The notes under the pieces are model-generated. The model was given only the letters and a program-made list of their open reading frames with translations, had not been told where the DNA came from and did not search any database. This document shows, one piece after another, positions 1 to 9,000 of a stretch of 64,000 nucleotides of DNA; within the stretch, counting starts at the first letter, position 1; each line of letters opens with the position of its first letter. The stretch covers positions 153,704 through 217,703 of IMG/VR virus record IMGVR_UViG_3300017963_000192; one strand, written 5' to 3'. Both the position numbers and the translations under genes were made by a program.

Positions 1-1129
1 CTCTTCTTCTATAAGTGCTGTAAACTCTGACATAACTAAACTTAACACTAATATTAGTAATGTTAAAAACATAAAAAGAAATATCTCCGAAGGGTTATGT
101 CCAACATGTCAACAACCAGTATTAAAAGAATATGTTTCTGAACAACATCAACATTATGATAATGAAATTAATGAATATGAATCAAGCCTTAAAGATAAAC
201 AGAAAGAATCTGAAACATTACAATCGCAGTTTCAAGATATTAGGAAAACTTGTTCTGATATGTTTGATAACATTACAGAATTGCGAACTAGAATAAATAA
301 TAATAAATTACAAAAGCAAATGCTTGAATCTGAAATTCTAAACATTAAAAATCAAATTGATGCGAAGAAATCTCTTGAGAAAAATTACAGAGGAACTATT
401 AGGGATTTAGAGATACAGCAAAATGAATTAAAAAATAAACATGTTGACATACAGAGTAAAATACCTCAAGGTGTCGAAGAAAAGATTGAGAATCTTGAAG
501 AAAGCATTAAAAATATTGAAAAAGACATCTCTTATTGGAATATAAGACTAGGAGAGATGAATCAGTTAGAGGCTGATAAAGAAAATCTTGAAAAAGATTT
601 AAATGTTAAGAAAGCTGACTTAAATAATGCGAGAAAAGTATTATATATTTATAATGCCTTAACAACGAGATTTTTGTATATCGCAAAAAAGAAATTTGAT
701 AAGTCAATTATTGATATACAAAACGTATCTAATGATATCATACATCAAATACTCCCAGAGATTTCTGTGGATATTTATGTAGACGATTCTAAAGCTAAAA
801 AGTTAATAATAGGGTTTAATGTAGATAATAAACCTAGAAGTTATAAGAGATTATCTGGTGGTCAACAAACGATAGTAAATATTGGTTTGCGTCTTGGTTT
901 TTCTAAAGTTATTAAGAAAAGAGCTAAAACTAATATAGGGTTTGTTGTTTTAGATGAGCCTTTTGGAGTGTTGGATGAGTATAGTAAAACTCTTGTAAGA
1001 AGGATGCTCACTTTAATGTTGGATTGGTTTGAGCAAGTTATTGCTATTTCTCATGTTGATAGTATTAAGGAATTCCCTAATATAATTACTGTTAGGTTCT
1101 CTCCAGAGAAGATTAGTTATATTAATTAA
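1..1129 (+). CDS. sbcC: SbcC/Rad50 (gp46-like) ABC-ATPase, C-terminal part; starts before the window
   Basis: Zinc-hook CPTC encoded near nt 98-109, coiled coil, ABC signature LSGGQ, Walker B/D-loop VVLDEPFGVLD, H-loop ISH. Confidence 0.85.
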   Translation, partial: SSSISAVNSDITKLNTNISNVKNIKRNISEGLCPTCQQPVLKEYVSEQHQHYDNEINEYESSLKDKQKESETLQSQFQDIRKTCSDMFDNITELRTRINNNKLQKQMLESEILNIKNQIDAKKSLEKNYRGTIRDLEIQQNELKNKHVDIQSKIPQGVEEKIENLEESIKNIEKDISYWNIRLGEMNQLEADKENLEKDLNVKKADLNNARKVLYIYNALTTRFLYIAKKKFDKSIIDIQNVSNDIIHQILPEISVDIYVDDSKAKKLIIGFNVDNKPRSYKRLSGGQQTIVNIGLRLGFSKVIKKRAKTNIGFVVLDEPFGVLDEYSKTLVRRMLTLMLDWFEQVIAISHVDSIKEFPNIITVRFSPEKISYIN

Positions 1130-1139
1130 GTAGGTGAAG

Positions 1140-1298
1140 ATGAAAGTTCAAAAAATGAGAGTAGTGTTTTGTCCTTTTTGCGGGCATCCACAATATGCTT
1201 TTGTTAAAGATGATGATGAAATAGGGGAAGTTACTTGTGAAGATTGTAAAAAAGAATACAATCCTAAAGATTATGTAGATACTCCAGCACCCTATTAA
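1140..1298 (+). CDS. 52-aa zinc-ribbon protein (not in ORF track)
   Basis: MKVQKMRVVFCPFCGH...CEDCKKEY; two CxxC pairs; AGGTG RBS. Confidence 0.6.
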   Translation: MKVQKMRVVFCPFCGHPQYAFVKDDDEIGEVTCEDCKKEYNPKDYVDTPAPY

Positions 1299-1351
1299 GT
1301 TTATAATTAGTTAGCAAGATTTTTATGTCTTGCTATCTTTATTTATAGGAG

Positions 1352-2815
1352 ATGAATATGATATTAAATAAAGTTTATGAAGAATTCGTAGAAACAACAG
1401 GATTAACAGATAGTATGTACAAAACAGTCTTTGTTCAAATAGGAGACGTTTTGAGTTTAATTAACAACGTTACTTGGATGAGTTTAGTTTATAGTATCGG
1501 AGATAGTTCTTATCCAACAGATTTTATGGGTAAAGCTCCAACACCTTTATATGTTGTGGAGATAGCCCAAAATCTTTTTGAAAAATCTTACACATTCCCA
1601 GAAAGTAGTAAAGTTGAATTGGATGTTAGATTTAAAGGAAAGTTTTTAAAAGTTACTTGCGAAGGTGATAAGGTTAATATTCCTCAAGAATTGGGGTATG
1701 TAAAACATTATTCACTATTTCCTTTTTTTCTTATTACTAAAAAAGTTTATGATATTTTTGAGGAATTTGATAGTCTGTTTTCTTTTGTAAACAGATTTAA
1801 AACAAAAGTCAAATCTATTTACGCTCCATTAGAACAGAATTTTGAAAAGACAATAGTTAAAAAGTCAATTGATAGTGGGAATGTCACAAATTCTGGAGTT
1901 GCTTCAAGATTAGGTTTAGTAGAAAATATGAAGAAAAATAGAGATGATTTATTAAAGAGAACCGAAAAATTGAGAAATGATAGGGAAAAGCTTGTTCAAG
2001 ATAAAAATAATATTTCTCAAATATTAAAAAAGAAAGAGGGTTTGTTTTTTGAAAAATCAAATCTCGATAAAGAGTACGAATTATTACAAGAAAGTTATGA
2101 TAAAGATAAGAAGAAGTTTGATAAGGTGGTGGATATTCTTGCTACAATAGATTCTGAATTATTATCTCAAAATAATTCAGAAACTCCAAACAATACTGAA
2201 ATAATATATCTCAAGGAGAAGAAAGATGCTTTTACGGGAGAAAAGATAGCATTAGAGAATTCTTTAAATGATACACATTCATTAAAAGAGTCTTTATTGG
2301 TAAGAATTAATTCTCTTAAAAACGACATTACTAACGGTGGTGATTATAATGCTACCGATGTTGGTGTTATGGAGAGTAAAATTGCAGCTGTTGATAAAGA
2401 AAGGGATGAGATATATGGTGCATTAGTTACATTGGAGAATGAGATAAAACAACAGAGTGCATCTGCCTCTAATGAAAGCAAACAAATAGAGATGAGTAAA
2501 GAGACTCCAATGCCGTCTGGAATTGATTCTATTTCTAGAAAGAATATAGTAGAACATTTATCTAGTCCTTTACAGCCAACATCTGTTACAACTGTAATGA
2601 ACTATTTAAGATATTATTTTGCGTATCATACAACTAAAATAGCGACACAATTAAGTACTGTTCATTCTAATGTTGATCAAATAGCGTTACAATCTCTTGC
2701 TTGTAAGCTTACTTTGGTTAGACATTTTGGAGTGTACTATAACAATGTGTTCTCTGCTGTTAATTTCGTTGATGATAGGGTAGGACACGTAACATTGGTA
2801 GATGTTAAAGCATAA
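1352..2815 (+). CDS. Hypothetical protein with long central coiled coil
   Basis: 487-aa ORF with a heptad-rich, K/E-rich middle. Confidence 0.6.
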   Translation: MNMILNKVYEEFVETTGLTDSMYKTVFVQIGDVLSLINNVTWMSLVYSIGDSSYPTDFMGKAPTPLYVVEIAQNLFEKSYTFPESSKVELDVRFKGKFLKVTCEGDKVNIPQELGYVKHYSLFPFFLITKKVYDIFEEFDSLFSFVNRFKTKVKSIYAPLEQNFEKTIVKKSIDSGNVTNSGVASRLGLVENMKKNRDDLLKRTEKLRNDREKLVQDKNNISQILKKKEGLFFEKSNLDKEYELLQESYDKDKKKFDKVVDILATIDSELLSQNNSETPNNTEIIYLKEKKDAFTGEKIALENSLNDTHSLKESLLVRINSLKNDITNGGDYNATDVGVMESKIAAVDKERDEIYGALVTLENEIKQQSASASNESKQIEMSKETPMPSGIDSISRKNIVEHLSSPLQPTSVTTVMNYLRYYFAYHTTKIATQLSTVHSNVDQIALQSLACKLTLVRHFGVYYNNVFSAVNFVDDRVGHVTLVDVKA

Positions 2816-3216
2816 TGCGTCCTTTTTTAGATTGGCTCTTTAGAAGGAAGGGTCGTGTCGCTAAAAAGTTTTTAGATGATGTAAAGATGATGAATAGTCT
2901 ATCAAATGAGATTAAGACGAAGCAAGAGAGATTGGATACGCTTGAATACCATACTTTGTTAGAGAAAAAAGAAGAATTTTATTTGTCATTATCTAATTTT
3001 TTAGAATTAATGGAAATCTCTAACCTTGGTATGCAAGAAATCCTAAAGAGGTGTAAACACGTTTCAGAGCTTGATGGTAAGTCTTGTTCTGTAATAGAAA
3101 TACACGCTGTTTTAGAAGATAATCACATAGTTCTTTGTCCTGACGTTAAAGAATGTGATAAACATAAAGGTATGGATAGTGAAAAGATGAAAATAGCAAT
3201 GATTAGGAGAAAATGA
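2815..3216 (+). CDS. Hypothetical protein
   Basis: ORF coupled to the upstream gene (TAATG overlap). Confidence 0.55.
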   Translation: MRPFLDWLFRRKGRVAKKFLDDVKMMNSLSNEIKTKQERLDTLEYHTLLEKKEEFYLSLSNFLELMEISNLGMQEILKRCKHVSELDGKSCSVIEIHAVLEDNHIVLCPDVKECDKHKGMDSEKMKIAMIRRK

Positions 3217-3217
3217 A

Positions 3218-3523
3218 ATGGATAAATTAATAGTTTATTTTTTCAGCACTATTTTTGCGATTGGTCTTGTTATTGTAACAGTTATTTGGGAAGGTTTTGC
3301 TATTTATAAATTGTGGGAGTGGTTTATAGTTTCCACTTTTGGATTACCTGTGATATCCATTCCAATAGCAATTGGAATTAGCCTTTTTGTTAATGTAGTT
3401 AATTATAAATCCCCTTCTATTGGAGAGAGTGACAAAAAGAGTTTGAAAAAATTTGGTATAAAACAATTATCAATTGGGTTTTCATTGTTAATAGGATATG
3501 TTGTTAAGACGTACTTTATGTAA
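3218..3523 (+). CDS. Small membrane protein
   Basis: Three hydrophobic segments. Confidence 0.6.
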   Translation: MDKLIVYFFSTIFAIGLVIVTVIWEGFAIYKLWEWFIVSTFGLPVISIPIAIGISLFVNVVNYKSPSIGESDKKSLKKFGIKQLSIGFSLLIGYVVKTYFM

Positions 3524-3533
3524 AGGATTATAA

Positions 3534-4346
3534 ATGAATCAAGATAATCAAAACGAAATAATAATTAATTCTGACACAGGAGAACCTGAAACGTCTACTG
3601 AATTAGTTCCAGTAGAAACTCCTACTACATCAATTCAAGAAGAAGATACCGCAACCTATGGAAGAGTTTTAAAAAGAAGTACTATATGTACTGTTTGCAA
3701 TCATCCACAATATAGAGAAATAAATCTTATGCGTGCTCGTGACCATATGCCTTTAGACGAAATATCAAGACTTATGTTGGTATCTGTGGATGCATTAAGA
3801 ATACATTTTAAGAATCATTATATGATTTCTGAATCTAATAGCAGAATTATTGCTTTAAGAGAAGACGCAAGCCCAGAAGCAAATGAGCTTGTTAGAAAAA
3901 TCTTTGATAAAGAGATTGATTTATTTTCTGGTGCTCAAAGTGTTTTAGAATCTAAAGCCGAAAGGTTAAATGCGATTAGAAGTAGGATGCAACTATTAAC
4001 CGATAGGCAAGAGATAGATGCGTTGGATGATATAGAGACTGCTGAATTTATTAGTTTGAATAAACTAGCAGAGGAAACAGAAAATTCTGTATTAAAAGCT
4101 TATCAAATAATCGATAAAAAGCTTTTTCCTATGAAGAAAGAGGAATTGTCCAATGCTATCCTTCAGTATAAATTAAATATTTTAAGTAAGATGCTTGACC
4201 AGATTCAAATAGTCTTTCTTGAGTTTGAGAGTAACGCACAGTTTAAACCACTAATCGATGAATTAAGGAGGGCATTAGCATCGAGATTTAATCAAATTGA
4301 AGATGAGATTCTTAAATCTGGTGGCATTATGCAACAAAATCAATAA
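3534..4346 (+). CDS. Zn-finger/HTH plus helical protein (possible terminase small subunit)
   Basis: CTVCNHP...ALRIHFKNH Zn-binding/HTH-like N-domain followed by helical oligomerisation-type region; TerS call is inference. Confidence 0.4.
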   Translation: MNQDNQNEIIINSDTGEPETSTELVPVETPTTSIQEEDTATYGRVLKRSTICTVCNHPQYREINLMRARDHMPLDEISRLMLVSVDALRIHFKNHYMISESNSRIIALREDASPEANELVRKIFDKEIDLFSGAQSVLESKAERLNAIRSRMQLLTDRQEIDALDDIETAEFISLNKLAEETENSVLKAYQIIDKKLFPMKKEELSNAILQYKLNILSKMLDQIQIVFLEFESNAQFKPLIDELRRALASRFNQIEDEILKSGGIMQQNQ

Positions 4347-4349
4347 AGG

Positions 4350-5378
4350 ATGTGTGAGGTATTTATTATAATGGCTACACAAGTTACATGCAATAATTGT
4401 GGTAAGGATTTTAACGTTACACCATCAAGATTTGAGACGAGAGATTTTTTCTTTTGTTGTAAAAAATGTGAGGGAGAATACAGAAAAGTAGAACCTAATA
4501 TGAAATGTCCTATTTGTGATAAATCTTTTCATATAAAACCTTATAGAATAAAACGTTTATCAAATGGGGAAGAGGTTTGCTGTTCTAAAGAATGTTCTAA
4601 TATCCATAAAATGGAAAGGATGCTTGGGGAAAATAATCATCAATATGGTTTAAAAGGTGAATTAAACTCAAGTTTTAAAAAAGATTTTAAATTTTCTAGA
4701 TATGGATATTTATTGGTAAGATATGTAGATCATCCTTTTAGGGGTAAAGATGATTTTATTCTTTTTCACAGAATTATTATGGAAGAATTTTTGAAAAATA
4801 ATTATCCCGATAGTCCCTATTTAGTTACAGTTGAAGGTTTTGGCGAACTTTTATTTTTGGACAAAAGCATTGTAGTTCATCACAAGAATGAAAATAAATT
4901 AGATAATAGAATTTCAAATCTTAAATGTATGTTTAAAGGAGAACATACTAGTTATCATAATGTAATTGGTAAAAAGAAAAAAGTAGCTACAACCCCTCTT
5001 GTTAAAATGGATTTAGATGATGCTGCTCAAGATATAATGAGTAATGAGAACGTAACGATTCCTCCTAAAGATTCTAAATTAATAAAAACAAACCTTTTTA
5101 TAGCAATCCCTAAAAATCATGTTGGTCTTATATGGTCGAGAAGCGGAATGTCTGTTAAAAACAAAATTGAAGTTGGTGCTGGTTGTATAGATTCGGGATA
5201 TAGGGGTGAAGTTAAAGTTCATTTATACAATTATGGAAACAATTATTTTAAAGTTAATAAGGGGGATAGGATAGCACAGTTATTAACAATACCTATTAAT
5301 CCTTATGAATATGAAGAAGTAGATGATCTAGATGAAACTAAAAGAGGTTCTGGAGGTTTTGGACATTCTGGAACATAA
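4350..5378 (+). CDS. dut: Zn-finger/HNH endonuclease fused to trimeric dUTPase
   Basis: N-terminal CxxC clusters and HHKNENKLDNRISNL (HNH); C-terminal dUTPase motifs SRSG, GCIDSGYRGE, DRIAQ, RGSGGFGHSG. Confidence 0.85.
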   Translation: MCEVFIIMATQVTCNNCGKDFNVTPSRFETRDFFFCCKKCEGEYRKVEPNMKCPICDKSFHIKPYRIKRLSNGEEVCCSKECSNIHKMERMLGENNHQYGLKGELNSSFKKDFKFSRYGYLLVRYVDHPFRGKDDFILFHRIIMEEFLKNNYPDSPYLVTVEGFGELLFLDKSIVVHHKNENKLDNRISNLKCMFKGEHTSYHNVIGKKKKVATTPLVKMDLDDAAQDIMSNENVTIPPKDSKLIKTNLFIAIPKNHVGLIWSRSGMSVKNKIEVGAGCIDSGYRGEVKVHLYNYGNNYFKVNKGDRIAQLLTIPINPYEYEEVDDLDETKRGSGGFGHSGT

Positions 5379-5406
5379 AAATAATTCTTAAAGGAGAAAA
5401 ATTATT

Positions 5407-5595
5407 ATGCAACAGGTTATCACTAAAACTAAAAATTATGAAAGGGGTGTTATTGTAAATTCAGATATTATAAAAGAAAAATGCCCAGTCAATCCGAAAC
5501 ACCAATTAAGTACCAATATTATGGGTGAACTTGTTTGTTCTGTATGTTTTTTAACATTAAAAGATTTAAAAAAAATGATGGAGGTAGACAAGTAA
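5407..5595 (+). CDS. Small Cys-containing hypothetical protein
   Basis: AAGGAG RBS; CP...CSVC. Confidence 0.5.
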   Translation: MQQVITKTKNYERGVIVNSDIIKEKCPVNPKHQLSTNIMGELVCSVCFLTLKDLKKMMEVDK

Positions 5596-5858
5596 TGTAT
5601 GAGACAGATCAACATTTAAATAACATATATGATAATTGTAATCAAATTATAGATTTTTTAGATGAAATAAATAGTTCTGAAAGGAAAGACAATATAGCAT
5701 ATTATACTGTTCGTGCAGCAGAATGCCTAGGAAACATTAGGAGTATTGTTTCAATGTTGTGTACAAACGTTGTAGAGAAGTCCGACAAACTAATTGCTTT
5801 GGAAAATCAATTAAATACGGCACACGATATTCTTGATGATATTGAAATGGAGGGATGA
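5595..5858 (+). CDS. Hypothetical protein (likely start MYETD at 5595)
   Basis: GGAGG RBS and TAATG coupling to the upstream gene. Confidence 0.5.
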   Translation: MYETDQHLNNIYDNCNQIIDFLDEINSSERKDNIAYYTVRAAECLGNIRSIVSMLCTNVVEKSDKLIALENQLNTAHDILDDIEMEG

Positions 5859-6059
5859 TTATGTGTAATAATAAAAAAGTGAAGGAAGGGGCATATGTCC
5901 CTCCTTGTAGTTTTTTCTTTTGTTTTTTGGGAGATGATAAAAGAATAAAAGAATCTGATTTAGATAAGATATGGTTGGATTCAATAAGAGATAGTATAGA
6001 ATATGAAAAGGAAATAATTGAAAATGAATTATCTACATTTTTTTAAAGGAGACATATAA

Positions 6060-9000
6060 ATGAATAAGAATGTTTTCAAAACAGCATTTCAAGAGTTTAT
6101 ATTCGTTAGAACTTATTCTAGATGGTTAGATAAAGAAAACAGAAGAGAGACTTGGGAAGAAGCAGTAGATCGTTATTGTACATATATGAAAGAAAAGCAT
6201 GGAGATAAAATATCAGATAAAGAATATAAGGATGTGCATGATTCCATTTTAAATATGGAAGTAATGCCATCAATGAGAGCTATGTGGGTTGCAGGGAAAG
6301 CTTTAGACATTGAAAACTTTTCTGGTTACAATTGTTTGGGAGAAGATACTGAATTTGTTACAGATAAGGGTGTCAAATCTTTCAGAGATTTTAAAGACGG
6401 TGATAAGATTGTTGTTTTAACTCATAAAAACAATTGGAAGAAAGCTGTAGTTAAAAACTTCGGAAAGCAGAAACTAAACAAGATTACGTATGGTCTTGGA
6501 GGAAGAGGATTAGACAACATTGTCTATGCTACAGAGGATCACAGGTGGTTTTTGAATGATTCTGAAGAAGTTGTTACAGAAATAAAAGAAAAAGATAATC
6601 TTTTAAAAAGTTGTTACAGAAAAACTTTTGATTTTGATTCTGCAACTCCAGAAGAAAAAACATATTGGTGTTATGGTTTTGTTTATGGAGATGGGACTAA
6701 AATAAAAAGAAATGGAGAATATAAGCATAGTTTGGTAAGATTATTAGGTGATAAAAAAATATATTTAAATCGTTTTGAAGAAGTTGGTTTTAAAACGTCT
6801 GTGTCGGACAGTATAGATGGGGGTTGTTATGCTTATACTGGAGAATATTTAAAAACGTTACCTAAAATTGAAAAAGAGCCTTTGGGGAAAATAGAGGCTT
6901 TTGTAGACGGTCTTCTTTGTGCAGATGGAGGTAGAAAATATGTAAAAGACAATTTCTATTTTTGCAACATTCAGCAATCTGGAGAGGAGGGTATTAGTTT
7001 TATAAGAAAAGCTTTTCCTATGTGTGGTTATTTTATTGTTAGAGAGGATGATTATACTGGTGAGACTACTAATTATGGAGAAAGAAATAAAACAATAAGA
7101 TTTTCTTTTAACAATCCTTACGCTACAGAGTACAATTCGTTGTATACTGTAAGAAAAATTGATGTTAGTTATAAAGAAGAGGATGTTTGGTGTCTTGTTG
7201 TTGAAGATGATAAAAGTTTTGTTTTGAAGAATGGATTAGTCACAGGAAATTGTGCTTTTACAACAATACAAAATCTAAAGGATTTTGCTGAAATACTTTA
7301 TATTTTAATGAATGGTACTGGTGTTGGTTTTTCTGTAGAAAGAAAGTTTGTTAATAACCTTCCTTTAATACAGGAAGTAAATACCAACGAGGCAAAAGAA
7401 ATGATAACCTTTGCAGATAGTAAATTGGGGTGGGCTAAAGGTTATGAAAAAGTTTTGAATTGTTTATGGAACGGAATTGACTTTGAGTGTGATTACAGCA
7501 AGATTCGACCAAGGGGTTCTCGATTAAAAACATTTGGTGGACGAGCTTGTCTTACAGGCAATACTGTTGTATACAAAGATAGGAAGAAAAGTAGAGGTTG
7601 CAACGAGATTACTATTAAAGATCTTTATGATATGAAGGTTTCAGGTAAAAGAAAACATTTTTCTGAAAGCAATCAACCTGGACCATCCCATTTTAATAAG
7701 GTAAAATTGCGTTCTTTAGACGAAGAATCTGGAGTATTTTTTAGAAATCAATTAATAGATGTTGTTGACAATGGTGTTGCTCCTATATTTGAAATAGTAA
7801 CTGAAAGTGGTTATAAAATCAAAGCAACTTCTAATCACAGATTTATGAAAGATACAGGAGAATGGTGTTATGTATCTGATTTTTCAAACGGAGATTTGAT
7901 TGCTATTAATGGTTCTAAAGAAAAGAAGACAGGTGTTTGCATTGATTGTGGTATATTTGTTAGTAGGAGAGCTATAAGATGCAGATCTTGTGCCAATAAA
8001 AATCAACAAAAAAATGATTGTTTGCCCACAACTGTTAGACAAAGAAAAGAATGTCAAAAAGATAAAAAAGATTTTTGTGAATTGTGTAAACACAATGGTT
8101 CAGTTAGTAAACTTCAAGTTCACCACAAAGACGGAAATCCTTATAACAATAAAAAAGAGAACAAGCAAACTTTATGTGAAAAATGCCACAGAAAAGAAGA
8201 TGCTAGACGAACTACTTTTGGTAATCCTTACTCTCATAGATATTTATCTTATGATAAAATAGTTTCTGTTGACTATGTAGGTAAAGAGCAGGTTTATGAT
8301 TTGGTTATGGAGGCTCCTAACCATAATTTCGTAGCTAACGGGTTTGTTTCACACAACAGTGGTCCAGAACCTCTTAAAAATCTTGTTGATTTCACCACAG
8401 ATATAGTTGAACAAAATAGGGGTTATAGAATTCAACCTATAGACGCACACGATATTTGCTGTAAAATAGCAGAAATTGTTGTGGTTGGAGGAACTCGCAG
8501 AAGTGCTTTGTTAAGTTTATCTGATTTAACTGATAATCAAATGGCTCACGCTAAATCTGGAGAATTTTGGAATACAGCACCACAAAGGTCAATGTCAAAT
8601 AACAGCGTTTCTTATACAAGAAAACCTGATATGGTTTCATTTTTGGATGAATGGAAAAATCTTTATAAGTCAAAGAGTGGGGAACGAGGGTTTTTTAATA
8701 GAGTTGCTACTCAAAAAAAAGCTAGTGAGAATGATAGGAGAGATGGTTCTAAAGTTATTGGAACTAATCCTTCATTGAGAAAAGGAACAAAAATAATAAC
8801 AACGGATGGTCTTTTAAACATAGAAGATTTAGAAGGTAAAGAATTTGATATTATTAATCTTAATGGAAAAGTGAGTAAAGCTAAATGTTGGTTATCTGGT
8901 AAAAGCAAAAAATTATACCGAGTTAAATTTGTTGGAGGACACGAATATTATTGTACTGCTGAACACAAGTGGCCTGTTTATGAAGATGGTGAATATTTTA

